Assembly: GCF_964355755.1 (NCBI RefSeq)
Contig: NC_092678.1
Span: forward strand, 11,220,352 to 11,284,351
Reading direction: 5' to 3'
Length of the DNA stretch: 64,000 nt
DNA from: Antedon mediterranea
Taxonomy: Eukaryota > Animalia > Echinodermata
In this document: positions 34,093-46,159 of the stretch, one piece after another
Layout: each line of letters opens with the position of its first letter
Numbering within the stretch: the first letter of the stretch is position 1
Notes under the pieces: generated by a model
Seen by the model: only the letters and a program-made list of their open reading frames with translations
What the model was told of the DNA's origin: nothing
Database searches by the model: none
Position numbers and translations under genes: made by a program

Positions 34093-37000
34093 TACTCTAG
34101 TAGCTAGATCAACTTTCCTATGCACTTTGAGGTCCAGAGAATTTGACTTCAAAAATTGGTTTAGGATGGAGATACTTGTATCTCGGCAACCACTCGTCGC
34201 AGCAAGTCAATTTTAGTCTCAAAATGTTCAGAAAGCATGCATGCTTTCATATTCAATCTAATGGCACATTTTAGTCAAAAATTATCAGAAATGCCATTTC
34301 TGACCTTTGACCCACATATCATGGCATCTTCATATCTCTGTAACTACTGGTCGAAGAAACTTAAATTTGGTATCAAATTGTTCGAAATATACATATTTAC
34401 ATTCATTGTAATAGAAAATGTGGTTAAAAGATGAACAGAAATACTATTACTAATGTTTCAAACAATGCCAGGCATTAGAAGAGATACTTATCAGGATAGA
34501 TTGAAACAACTACAACTACCTACTCTTTATTATAGAAGGCTGAGATCTGCTCTAATCCAGGTTTTTTTAAATTTGTAGTCATATTGATAATATAGATGCC
34601 AGAAATCTGTTCACTTTTGTAGGAGAACTAGAGGCCATAAATGGAAAATGAATAAAGACATATCTCATCTACGAATTAGACAAAAGTTCTTTACTCAAAA
34701 CATATGCAATGTCTGGAACAAATTACCGTCAACCGTCATAGAATCTGACTCAATCAACCAGTTCAAGTCAAGGCTGGAAAATCATTTGTCTACTTCTTTC
34801 TGCAAGTTTGCCCCCTATAGTAGACAGGATAATATTTAGAAACACGTCGAGGGACACACAAGCTTCGGCTTTATAAGTCTCAACATCAAGTAAATCAAGT
34901 AAAAAACATATCTCTACATAACTTATCCTTAGACAGTAATGTTATGCAATAACTGATACTTTAAATTGTTTCAATTTCAAGTACTAGTTATTGCTGTCAC
35001 CAAGAACATTTTGATAGAAACGTCAAGCTCAACAGTTCTTTTCAGAATGCTAGAAGTAACTTGCCATGTGTATCCGATTAAACTCCCCGGGCATTTATTG
35101 TTCAAAGGGGTTTTTAGAGGAGGGGAGGCATCTTTATTTGGGTTATAATAAGGTAATATGTATAATCAAATAAATACCACCTAGATGTAAAAAAAAAATA
35201 GAGCACAATTAATATCAAAAAGTGAAAAAAATGCTTGGTAAATTGTAGATTATGGTAGTTAATGTTGTGATACAATTATTGTGCAAATGCATGTGGCGGC
35301 CATATTCCACATGGTGTTCTATTAGAGGGAATGGTGGCGTTTATTTGAAGGAGGCTTTTATTCAAAGCGGGTGTTAATTCGAATAAATACTCTAATTTTA
35401 ATAATTATAATTCGTTTCTCAACTGATAAAAGGTACTTTACATGATTCGTTTTCTTCTTTATGCTTTTTAACGAAATGTTTCTGTCTTTTAGAATAAAAG
35501 TGAGACTGTCATAGATAACATTAAATGGATCTTCTCCTCCAGGTGCCAGTATAATGATATAAAACAATGACATATCATTATCCTGACACGATTGCACTCA
35601 TAATGGATCTTCATTCTATCATCTGTTTGTTTGTGAATACAATTTGACAACAATCTTTTGCATATTTTTAAATGCCAATACATAGTTCCATTACTATTGT
35701 ACAATATGTCCAGCTTTCCTGAAAACACCTTTGTGTACTGTAGTACAGTGTTGTAGTATGATTTTATCATGATAACTTCTGATGCTTTTATTGTCAATGA
35801 ATTCAGTACCTAAAACATGTCAAAGTTTCTAGTGGTATTGATAATAAATCTCCAGAAACATATATTGTTTTATTATCTACACTGGGAACAGACGTGTATA
35901 ATATACACCGACAAAACTTATACATATTATGTATAAGTTTTGTCGGTAACATTCACAAATATTATGCAACAGTGTTACGGAATAATGACAATGAATTGGT
36001 CTATTATAGTTGTCTGTGATACCTTTTATTACATGATTGTACTTGCAACAGGATAGAATGAGGTTTAATCCAGTAATTATTCTTATTATATTAATCAATT
36101 TTTTTTTTTATCTGGGGTGTATTTATTTGATTATATATGTTACCATTATTACACCCAAACAAAATAAACGCCTTCCCTGAATAACTAAATGCCCGGACCT
36201 TTTATTCGGGTAACTATTGTAATTTACTTCTAGTTTAACTGTTGAGCTCCAGTATTTATTCGAATTAACACCCGCTTTGAATAAAAGCCTCCATTCCCTC
36301 CAATAGAACATCATGTGGAATAAACGCTCCGCCACATGCATTTACAAAATAATTGTATCACAACACATTTCATTAACTACCATAATCTACAATTTACCAA
36401 GCATTTTGAAATAATTTAATCATTTTTTGATATTAATTGTGCTGTATTTTTTTACATCTAGGTGGTATTTATTTGATTATACATGTTACCATATTATACC
36501 CCAAATAAAGATGCCTCCCCTCCCCCTAAAAACCCTTTTGAACAATAAATGCCCGGGGAGTTTAATCGGATACACATGGCAAGTTACTTCTAGCATTCTG
36601 AAAAGAACTGTTGAGCTTGACGTTTATATCAAAATGTTCTCGTGGACAGCAATAACTAGTAGGCCTACTTGAAATTGAAACAATTTAAAGTATCATATTG
36701 CATAAAATTACTGTCTAAGGATAAGTTGTGTAGAGATATGTTTTTTGTTTGAAACATTTGTAATAGTATTTTCTGCTCATCTTTTAACCACATTTTCTAT
36801 TACAATGAATGTAATTATGTATATTTCGAACAATTTGATACCAAGTTTAAGTTTCTACGACCAGTACTTACAGAGATATGAAGATGTCCTGGTATGTGGG
36901 TCAAAGATCAGAAATGGCATTTCTGATAATTTTTGACTAAAATGTGCCATTAGATTGAATATGAACCAGTGGTTGCCGAGATACAAGTACCTTTATTTAT

Positions 37001-37467
37001 TTGTTTATATAACCCTTGACCCTGACCCTTTGACCTTTTGTAACATTTTTCAAAATGTATAACAAATAACAGAATATATATTTCGAAAAATTTAAAACCA
37101 AATTCAAGTGTCTACGACGAGTAGTTACGGAGATAAATATGCCCTGGGTGGTGGGTCAAAGGTCAGAAATGGCATTTCCGGTCATTTTAAACTAAAATGT
37201 CCCATTAGACTGAATATAAATGTATACTTTCTGATCAATTTGAGACCAAAATTACTTCGCTGTGACCAGTGGTTGTTGAGATTTAAGGACATATTGGTGT
37301 TTGGTCTTATGACCTTTCACCTGACCTTTTGACCTTTCGCCACATTTTCAAAATGTGTAACCAAGCCAAAAATGATTGTTTGACCACCCTAAACCTAAAC
37401 TAAATTTCTGAAGCCAAATTCTCTGGACCTCAAAGTGCATACGAAAGTTGATCTAGCTACTATAGTA
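34093..37467. mobile_element. Non-coding foldback-like element with ~1.2-kb imperfect inverted arms, inside satellite A
   Basis: Ends TACTCTAGTAGCTAGATCAACTTTC / GAAAGTTGATCTAGCTACTATAGTA; arms about 34093-35387 and 36251-37467; satellite has the same orientation and phase (TTTAG) on both sides. Confidence 0.7.
34466..34900 (+). mobile_element. 5'-truncated CR1 LINE 3' fragment inserted in the left arm
   Basis: YQDRLKQLQLPTLYYRRLR, TRGHKWK, VWNKLP, NQFKSRL; short CAAGTAAA repeat tail; absent from the other two arm copies. Confidence 0.85.
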
Positions 37468-39139
37468 TTTAGACCATATTGAGCATTTCGACAAAAAATT
37501 TCATACAAAACATCAAAGTGTTAATAATAGCTTCAAATCGCGTTTTAGACGTTTTAGACCATTTTGTGCATTTCGATGAAACTTGGTTACACAAATATAT
37601 CAAAGTGCTTGAAATCACATTTGAAACCGTTTTAGACCATTTTGAGCATTTCGAAAAAAACTTATTCAAACAAAACATCAAAGTGCTAAGGATAGCTTGA
37701 AATCGCATTTGGAGACGTTATAGACCATTTTGTGAGTTTCGAAAAAACCTTGTTAACATAAAAACAGCAAAGTGCTTGGAAAAGCTTCAAAACGCATTTG
37801 GAGACGTTTTAGACCATTTTGTTCATTTCGATGAAACTTGGTTACACAAAAACATCAAAGAGCACAAAATAGCTTAATATCGTTTTAAAAACGTTTTAGA
37901 CCATTTTGAGCATTTAGACAAAACTTTTTCACACAAAACATCAAAGTGTACAGAATAGCTTCAAATCGCATTTGGAGACGTTTTAGACCATTTTGTGATT
38001 TTCGAAAAAACTTTTTAACATAAAAACACCAAAGTGCTCAGAATATCTTCAAATCGCATTTGGAGACGTTTTAGACCATTTTGTGATTTTCGAAAAAACT
38101 TGTTAACATAAAAACACCAAAGTGCTTAGAAAAGCTTCAAATCGCATTTGGAGACGTTTTAGACCATTTTGTGATTTTCGAAAAAACTTGGTTACACAAA
38201 AACATCAAAGTGCTTAAAATCACATTAGAAACCGTTTTAGACCATTTTGAGCATTTCGTTAAAACTTTTCACACAAATCATCAAAGTGCACAAAACAGCT
38301 TAATATCGTATTTAAAAACGTTTTAGACCATTTTGAGCATTTCGACAAAACTTTTTCACACAAAACATCAAAGTGTACAGAAGAGCTTCAAATCGCATTC
38401 TGAGACGTTTTAGACCATTTTGTGATTTTCGAAAAAACTTGGTTACACAAAAACATCAAATTGCACAAAATAGCTTAATATGGTATTGGAAAACGTTTTA
38501 GACCATTTTGAGCATTTCGAGAAAACTTTTTCACACAAAACATCAAAGTGTACAGAATAGCTTCAAATGGCATTTGGAGACGTTTTAGACCATTTTGTGA
38601 TTTTCGAAAAAACTTTTTAACATAAAAACACCAAAGTGCTCAGAATATCTTCAAATCGCATTTGGAGACGTTTTAGACCATTTTGTGATTTTCGAAAAAA
38701 CTTTTTAACATAAAAACACCAAAGTGCTCAGAATATCTTCAAATCGCATTTCAAAAAACTTGGTTACACAAAAACATCAAATTGCACAAAATAGCTTAAT
38801 ATGGTATTGGAAAACGTTTTAGACCATTTTGAGCATTTCGAGAAAACTTTTTCTCACAAAACATCAAAGTGTCTAGAATAGCTTTAAATCGCATTTGGAG
38901 ACGTTTTAGACCATTTTGTGCATTTCGATGAAACTTGGTTACACAAATATATCAAAGTGCTTAAAATCACATTTGAAACCGTTTTAGACCATTTTGAGCA
39001 TTTCGACAAAACTTTTTCATACAAAACATCAAAGTGTACACAATAGCTTATTATCTTATTTGGAGACGTTTTAAACCATATTGAGCATTTCGAAAAAAAA
39101 TTGTTAACATAAAAACATCAAAGTGCTAAGAATAGCTTG
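37468..39139 (+). repeat. Satellite A block
   Basis: Direct reading. Confidence 0.95.
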
Positions 39140-39577
39140 TTTAGTAATTGTCGGCGCAACGGTAAAACAAAACAACTACTAAATGTATACAGTAAACTAT
39201 GCAATTTATTCCAAGTGAATCAAGTGAGGATTCTCAATAAATAGATAAAATATACAATATACAATATTTGATAAGACAGAGCAATAAACGGTGTAGATAA
39301 GATGCTGGTTGAGAAAAGAGTGTGTTAATAATGTGGTCAGTGCATGGTAATATTGGGCTTGGCCCACCTCATCTGACCAATTAGGATTAAGAGAATTAAT
39401 GTGGTTTTCTGTTAGAGTCATTAACATTCTTAAAATCCATTAGCTAGAAAAGTGAAGGTAACAGGAAGGTAACCTGTCAATGTGAGGTTAAATAAAGAGA
39501 TATATAGAGGATGTATAAATAATCAAATTAAAAGTAAATGTTGAATTGTTTAAAAGCTATGTGGTAGGTCTGCTACA
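39140..39577 (-). repeat. 3' LTR of Gypsy element 2
   Basis: Matches 43717-44154 with one substitution noticed. Confidence 0.96.
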
Positions 39578-39600
39578 GGAGCCCCCTTCCAGTGAAAGAA

Positions 39601-42600
39601 TTAATGATAGAACGAGACAAAACGTTGAGGGAAATGAACATGTCTACCAGAACGAGTAGTACGGGGAGGGGTTGCCAAAATGGGTGACGGGTTGGTTGGT
39701 TTGACTAGGGGTGATGCTTGTAGCTTGGGAGTGAGGGTTTGCTCTTGGCTTTTAAATATATCAGTATCCAAATGAGCTACCTTTAAGCGATCAATACTGA
39801 CTGTGTCCTGTCGACCATTTAGATCGAGAACAAAGTGTTTGTCTGTTCGACTTAATACCTTAAATGGACCATCATATGGACGTTGTAAGGGTTTTCGAAC
39901 AGAGTCCCTTCGCACAAAAACATGGGTACAATTAAATATTTCTTGATTGATATAGGATTTACGGTTAGAGTTGGTGCGGGTAGGTGTGGGACGTAGTTTA
40001 CTCATATTATCACGCAATCTATCAATATAATTAGAATAATCACAATGTTCAGAGTTTGAATTAAAGAATTGTCCAGGTAATCTTAAAGTAGTGCCATAAA
40101 CAAGTTCAGCAGCACTATGACCTAGATCAGCCTTAAGGGCTGTACGAATGCCTAAAAGTACTATAGGTAAATGTTCTGTCCATTTAGTGTGATCATTATG
40201 TGCTTTGAGAGAACCCTTCAAATGTCGATGAAAACGTTCTACAAGTCCGTTCGCAATAGGATGGTATGCAGTTGTATGAATGTGCTTAGTTCCTAGTAAG
40301 TTGGCGAGTGAATGAAATAATGCAGATTCAAATTGTCTTCCTCGATCTGTTGTAATGGTTGAAGGTATTCCGAATGAAGCGATCCATCGATTGACAAATG
40401 CGTGTGCGACAGTATCGGCTGTGATATCCGGAATAGGTACGGCTTCGGGCCATCGAGTAAAACGATCGATAAAAGTGAGTAAATAAGAAAAACCATTTGA
40501 CGGAGGGAGAGGTCCAACAATATCTATATGTACATGGTCAAAACGGGCGTCAGGTGTAGAAAAAGTAGAGAGTGGCGAAACGGTGTGCCGGTGTACTTTG
40601 GAACGTTGACATTGAATGCATGTTTGAGACCATCGTCGTACATCACGATTGATTGCTGGCCATACGAAACGGTCAGTAATTAAACGTTGTGTTGCTCGTA
40701 TACCAGGATGTGATAGCGAATGTAGAGTGTCAAATATTATGCGTCTGAATTCTTGTGGGATATATGGACGTGGATTGCCTTTGGAAATATCACAAAGAAT
40801 TGTAGAGTCAGAAGTTGGAATTGGAAAGTTTTGAAATTGTAGTGAAAACGGTGATTCAAGTAGCTTGTGCAATTCATCGTCATTCTTTTGTGCAGCAGCA
40901 ATAAGACTAAAATCAACAATGTTAGTTGTGTTGTGACTGAAAGTATTAAGTTCGATTCGCGACAAAGCTACAGCTGCTGCATTAGCTTTTCCACTCACAT
41001 GGCGTATGTCCGTTGTGAATTGAGATATGAAATCGAGATGACGGATTTCGCGTGGCGAGTGACGATTTGGTTTGGCGAGTAAAGCATACACAAGTGGCTT
41101 ATGGTCAGTAAAAATATGAAATGAGCGTCCTTCAAGTGAATGACGAAAATGTTTAACTGAAAGGTATGCCGCCAAAAGTTCACGACCAAATGTGCTGTAT
41201 CGCGTCTGCGCTGGTTTCAACTTCTGTGAGAAAAATGAAATAGGTTGCCAATTGTTGTCAATGCATTGTTGTAGTATACCCCCTATGGCCACATCCGAAG
41301 CGTCAACCATGATACTTAAAGGTGCATCTGGCTGCGGATGGGTGAGAAATGTAGCACTTGCGAGGGCGACTTTAATATTATTAAATCCCAATAAAGCTGC
41401 GTCGGTCCATACCAGATCCTGTTTCTTACCTGCCCCAACAAGTAGAGCTGTGACAGGTTGTAAAATCTGGGCACACTGCGGTATAAATCGCCTATAAAAG
41501 TTAATAAGTCCAAGGAATTCACGAAGTTTGCGTAAAGAAGTTGGTTGTGGAAAGTTTTGTATCGCTTCGACCTTTACTTGAAGTGGTCGGACACCTTGCG
41601 AATCAACATGATGTCCAAGAAACTCGAGTGACGAAACTCCAAATTGGCATTTCGCTGGGTTGAGAACAACGCCATACTCATTAAGACGTGTGAATAGTTG
41701 ATGAAGATGAGTTTCGTGTTCCTCGGCGTTGGAACTTGCAACAAGCAGGTCGTCGATATAAGCGTAGCAAAAATCCAATCCACGCGTTACCTGATCAATA
41801 AAACGTTGAAAAGTTTGAGCGGCATTGCGGAGGCCAAATGGCATTCTAACAAATTCAAAAAGTCCAAATGGTGTAGTAATTGCTGTTTTATGAACATCAG
41901 CAGGTTCAACTGGTATCTGATGGTAAGCTCGGACGAGATCAATCTTAGAAAATATAGTGGATCCGTGCAGAGATGCTGTAAAATCGTGCATGTACGGGAT
42001 AGGATACCGATCTGCAACAGTAGCATTGTTCAATGCTCGATAATCCCCACAGGGACGCCAATCCCCAGGAGTTTTCTTAGGCACCATATGTAAAGGTGAT
42101 GCCCAGTTACTTTTAGAGGGGCGTATAATTCCAAGCTGCATCATGTGTTCAAATTCATGTCTGGCTGTTTTGCAGCGGTCATGTGCGAGCCGTCGAGGAT
42201 GTGACGAAATTGGTGGACCATGGGTCTGAATATGATGTGTCACATCGTGTTTTAGCGACGCTTCCTGATAACAAGGGCATGTAATGTTTGGGAATTTTGT
42301 AAGAATGTAGTCCCAATTGGACTTAGCCTCAAGGGTGGTAAATATAAGACCGAGAGGCGAAGTTTTGGAGGCGACACCTTGAATACTCAGGTTGGTGGTA
42401 GTGTCAATGAGTCGTCGATTATTCATATCGACTAACAGTCCAAAATGTCTTAAAAAATCAGCCCCTATGATGGGGTGTGTGACGTCTGCGACAACAAATA
42501 ACCATTGAGATGTTCGTCTCAAACCTAAGTCTAAGGTTACAGAGCGATGTCCATAAGTGTTGATAGATGTATTATTTGCGGCAGTCAAAGTAGACTCTTG

Positions 42601-42786
42601 TCGCCTATGTAGACGCTCATGGTGAGTAGGTGGAACAACGCTAACTTCTGCCCCAGTGTCTATGAGGAAACGTTGTTTGGATAATTGATTAACAATAAAG
42701 AAAAGGCGACTTACGATTTGACGGCCAGCAACATTCGTCGCATTTAGTTGTCGGCGTTGGAGTTTTCCGAACACGGCGGATTGCAT
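39601..42786 (-). CDS. pol: Gypsy Pol (PR-RT-RH-IN with GPF motif)
   Basis: LIDTGAE, YIDD, DASD/TDHKPL, H..SHPG..CIQC, DRGRQF, VERFHR, YDGPF. Confidence 0.95.
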   Translation of the reverse strand: MQSAVFGKLQRRQLNATNVAGRQIVSRLFFIVNQLSKQRFLIDTGAEVSVVPPTHHERLHRRQESTLTAANNTSINTYGHRSVTLDLGLRRTSQWLFVVADVTHPIIGADFLRHFGLLVDMNNRRLIDTTTNLSIQGVASKTSPLGLIFTTLEAKSNWDYILTKFPNITCPCYQEASLKHDVTHHIQTHGPPISSHPRRLAHDRCKTARHEFEHMMQLGIIRPSKSNWASPLHMVPKKTPGDWRPCGDYRALNNATVADRYPIPYMHDFTASLHGSTIFSKIDLVRAYHQIPVEPADVHKTAITTPFGLFEFVRMPFGLRNAAQTFQRFIDQVTRGLDFCYAYIDDLLVASSNAEEHETHLHQLFTRLNEYGVVLNPAKCQFGVSSLEFLGHHVDSQGVRPLQVKVEAIQNFPQPTSLRKLREFLGLINFYRRFIPQCAQILQPVTALLVGAGKKQDLVWTDAALLGFNNIKVALASATFLTHPQPDAPLSIMVDASDVAIGGILQQCIDNNWQPISFFSQKLKPAQTRYSTFGRELLAAYLSVKHFRHSLEGRSFHIFTDHKPLVYALLAKPNRHSPREIRHLDFISQFTTDIRHVSGKANAAAVALSRIELNTFSHNTTNIVDFSLIAAAQKNDDELHKLLESPFSLQFQNFPIPTSDSTILCDISKGNPRPYIPQEFRRIIFDTLHSLSHPGIRATQRLITDRFVWPAINRDVRRWSQTCIQCQRSKVHRHTVSPLSTFSTPDARFDHVHIDIVGPLPPSNGFSYLLTFIDRFTRWPEAVPIPDITADTVAHAFVNRWIASFGIPSTITTDRGRQFESALFHSLANLLGTKHIHTTAYHPIANGLVERFHRHLKGSLKAHNDHTKWTEHLPIVLLGIRTALKADLGHSAAELVYGTTLRLPGQFFNSNSEHCDYSNYIDRLRDNMSKLRPTPTRTNSNRKSYINQEIFNCTHVFVRRDSVRKPLQRPYDGPFKVLSRTDKHFVLDLNGRQDTVSIDRLKVAHLDTDIFKSQEQTLTPKLQASPLVKPTNPSPILATPPRTTRSGRHVHFPQRFVSFYH

Positions 42787-43676
42787 TTTCGAGCATTTAC
42801 TCCAAATTTTTCATGGTACCAACAGAGTTGAGGAGTGTTGTTTGAATGTTGAGCTGAGCGATCGGTACTGTTAGGTTGAGCAGGAGATGAATGCCTACCA
42901 CTCGATCGATTTCGGTGTCGACTTGTGCTTCGACTTTGATATCTGTTGTGCCGTCGGTCAGATTGCAAGGAATTAACTTGCGTCGACAGTTGTTGAATCT
43001 GTTTTTGCAGGTTTTCAAGGGTCGCAGACAAGGAGGGTGTATTGTCCGTGTGTACTGCCGATACACTTGTTGGCGCAGTTGCAGTTACAGATACTTCAAT
43101 AATTTTGTCAGCCAATGATGTCAAGCTTCCCAGGTCCAACTCATCCTTGGTTGAAGCTAGGATAAGCTGTACATTAGTTGGGAGGCGACTTAAGAATAGT
43201 TGTTTCATAATTGAAGATTCAAGTGGCCTGTCGCCTAAGAGTTGTAACATCCGTCGGTATAATTGCGATGGTTTCCTATCCCCCAACTCCTCGGCCGTCA
43301 GGAGTTGGCGGAGGCGCTGTTGGTCGGAGTCAGTTGTCCGACGTATTAAGGTATCTTTCAAGTTCACATACCTGTTATCAGTAGGCGGGTTGAGAAGTAG
43401 ATCCCGAACTTCCTGCGCAATTTCAGGTTGCAATGATCCGACTAAGTAAGCGTATTTTGTAGCATCTACTGTAATCCCACGCGTTGTGAACTGTGCTTCC
43501 ACTTGGGTGAACCACAATATCGGATCATTGGGCCAGTATGGAGGCAGTTTCAACGCTACCGAAGAAATTGGCCTGTTGACGGTTGCTGCGTCAGGAGCGG
43601 GCATCACAGGTTGTTCCTGGTGCTGGGGTTGTGCTGGAGGTTGCGGTAGCTGTCGTTGTTGCTGTTGTCCTTCCAT
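42744..43676 (-). CDS. gag: Gypsy Gag with CHCC motif
   Basis: [44 protein letters not shown]. Confidence 0.93.
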   Translation of the reverse strand: MEGQQQQRQLPQPPAQPQHQEQPVMPAPDAATVNRPISSVALKLPPYWPNDPILWFTQVEAQFTTRGITVDATKYAYLVGSLQPEIAQEVRDLLLNPPTDNRYVNLKDTLIRRTTDSDQQRLRQLLTAEELGDRKPSQLYRRMLQLLGDRPLESSIMKQLFLSRLPTNVQLILASTKDELDLGSLTSLADKIIEVSVTATAPTSVSAVHTDNTPSLSATLENLQKQIQQLSTQVNSLQSDRRHNRYQSRSTSRHRNRSSGRHSSPAQPNSTDRSAQHSNNTPQLCWYHEKFGVNARKCNPPCSENSNADN

Positions 43677-43716
43677 TTTAAGTTAAATTCGGTATAAGAA
43701 AGTCGAGGGTCACCAC

Positions 43717-44154
43717 TTTAGTAATTGTCGGCGCAACGGTAAAACAAAACAACTACTAAATGTATACAGTAAACTATGCAATTTATTCCAAGTGAATCAA
43801 GTGAGGATTCTCAATAAATAGATAAAATATACAATATACAATATTTGATAAGACAGAGCAATAAACGGTGTAGCTAAGATGCTGGTTGAGAAAAGAGTGT
43901 GTTAATAATGTGGTCAGTGCATGGTAATATTGGGCTTGGCCCACCTCATCTGACCAATTAGGATTAAGAGAATTAATGTGGTTTTCTGTTAGAGTCATTA
44001 ACATTCTTAAAATCCATTAGCTAGAAAAGTGAAGGTAACAGGAAGGTAACCTGTCAATGTGAGGTTAAATAAAGAGATATATAGAGGATGTATAAATAAT
44101 CAAATTAAAAGTAAATGTTGAATTGTTTAAAAGCTATGTGGTAGGTCTGCTACA
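43717..44154 (-). repeat. 5' LTR of Gypsy element 2
   Basis: TGTAGCAG...ATTACTAAA on the minus strand, followed by the PBS. Confidence 0.96.
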
Positions 44155-44778
44155 CTTGAAATCGCATTTGGAGACGTTTAGACCATTTTGTGCATTTCGA
44201 TGAAACTTGGTTATACAAATATATCAAAGTGCTTAAAATCACATTTGAAACCGTTTTAGACCATTTTGAGCATTTCGAAAAAAACCTTTTTCAAACAAAA
44301 CATCAAAGTGCTAAGAATAGCTTGAAATCGCATTTGGAGACGTTTTAGACCATTTTGTGCATTTCGATGAAACTTGGTTACACAAATATATCAAAGTGCT
44401 TAAAATCACATTTGAAACCGTTTTAGACCATTTTGATTATTTCGAAAAAAACTGTTTCAATCAAAGCATCAAAGTGCTAAGAATTGCTTGAAATCGCATT
44501 TGGAGACGTTTTAGACCATTTGTGCATTTCGATGAAACTTGGTTACACAAATATATCAAAGTGCTTAAAATCACATTTGAAACCGTTTTAGACCATTTTG
44601 ATTATTTCGAAAAAAACTGTTTCAATCAAAGCATCAAAGTGCTAAGAATAGCTTGAAATCGCATTTGGAGACGTTTTAGACCATTTGTGCATTTCGATGA
44701 AACTTGGTTACACAAATATATCAAAGTGCTTAAAATTACATTTTGAACCGTTTTAGACCATTTTGAGCATTTCGATAA
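44155..44778 (+). repeat. Satellite A block (alternating 78/87 dimer)
   Basis: Direct reading. Confidence 0.95.
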
Positions 44779-46159
44779 TCTCCAACAGTAAACGTATCCG
44801 CCGGTGGAACTGTATCTCAAACCGTGGCTATCTTGTCTATCTTTTCCTTATTATCTCTCCTTTTTTATTGTGCTCGAGTTCACCCTCCATTGCCTTCCTT
44901 CTCCAATCTCTCTCTCCCCTTTTTCTCACGTCCGCTCTCTGCTACTCCTCCTGCCTAACGTCCATCTGCCGCCCTCTATCTATTTCTTCAATCCCAAAAT
45001 CATTACAATAAAATTTTATAGACCAATTTAAAATGGCAGCCATTTTGGACGCCATCTTGGATTTCTCGGAGAGCACAAGGAGGATTTTTCGGGACTTTTA
45101 GTATGATGTTCCAATCATAGTTCTCGACCTTTCCTGAAAAAATTAGCTTGTTACCAGAAATTTCCGGGTCTGCCTATACTTATGAACTAATGCTCTTGGA
45201 CTATAGAGGAGATATTAATGGAAGGAATATCTTAGATGGGATAAGAGGGCAAAAAAAGGAAATCAACTGTTTAAAAATTGTAATAACAATACAAGATATA
45301 AACAAATTAATTAATGTTATTTACTGTTATTATTTTTAGTGTTATTAATTATGTTTCAACTTCATTGTATTAAAAAAGAAACACAATTTTAATTAAAAAA
45401 TTATTTATACAGTAGGAAGGCCAAACAAAATTATTGTGTTGGCCACGCCCGACCGACCCTAAAGTTGTGACAACAACAATCGTGAAATCAAATAGTGAAA
45501 ATATATTGTCTTATTCGCCAAATTGGCGAATATATTTCACCTCCACCGGACTTGTTAAAACAACATTTAGGTATATTTATTCATAAAAAGACATCAAAAT
45601 ACAACGGCAGCCAAAAGGCTGAAAAGTAGTATTTTACAAAACTTGATAAAAATATATAAATACATTATGTATAAAAGGTAAAACTAGTTTAAAAAAAAAA
45701 AACAAATTTACCACTTTAAAATTGGTCCACCAAAGTCTTTTTAAAGATAGCCACGGTTGGAGATACAAGAAGTGTGCAATCAACCGTGACTCAATCATGT
45801 GATAATCGGAATACGCGATTATCAATTTTGGGAGGATCGAAGTTTAAAGTAAATAAACGCTTTTATTACACAATGGTTGAGACACGTTTTTAAATACCCT
45901 CATAATTAATGGACTCTACCAATGTTGATCTGCAAATCGCTACAAATAACTCAATGTGTGCTGTAGAATTGATAGGCAGTTTGCTGCAGCACGTCGCTGA
46001 GGATATGCCCTACATATATTGCATTTTTCTTGAGGTATTGCTTGTACCATTTGTTCGTGGGTATTTGTTTTCCACTGTAATTTCGCGTCAAGTGGCGTTA
46101 CTTTTGTGTTTGTAACTCCCGCAAACCGTCATATAAATCTGATTACAGTATTTCTTCGT

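Larger units (their letters stand above)
39140..44154 (-). mobile_element. Full-length Ty3/Gypsy retrotransposon, CsRn1-like lineage
   Basis: 438-bp LTRs (39140-39577, 43717-44154), TSD CTTG in satellite A, tRNA-Trp-like PBS TGGTGACCCTCGAC, PPT GGAAGGGGG, CHCC gag motif. Confidence 0.96.

Noticed and set aside
32392-39139. CRISPR-like repeat/spacer pattern in satellite A
   Set aside because: The intervening sequences are homologous to each other, the context is eukaryotic and there are no cas genes.
39206-39427. 73-aa ORF duplicated at 43783-44004
   Set aside because: Lies within the LTRs, so the duplication is trivial; no coding evidence.
45416-45470. AAGGCCAAAC...CCGACCGACCCTA, resembling a DNA transposon end
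   Set aside because: No matching opposite end or TSD found in the window.
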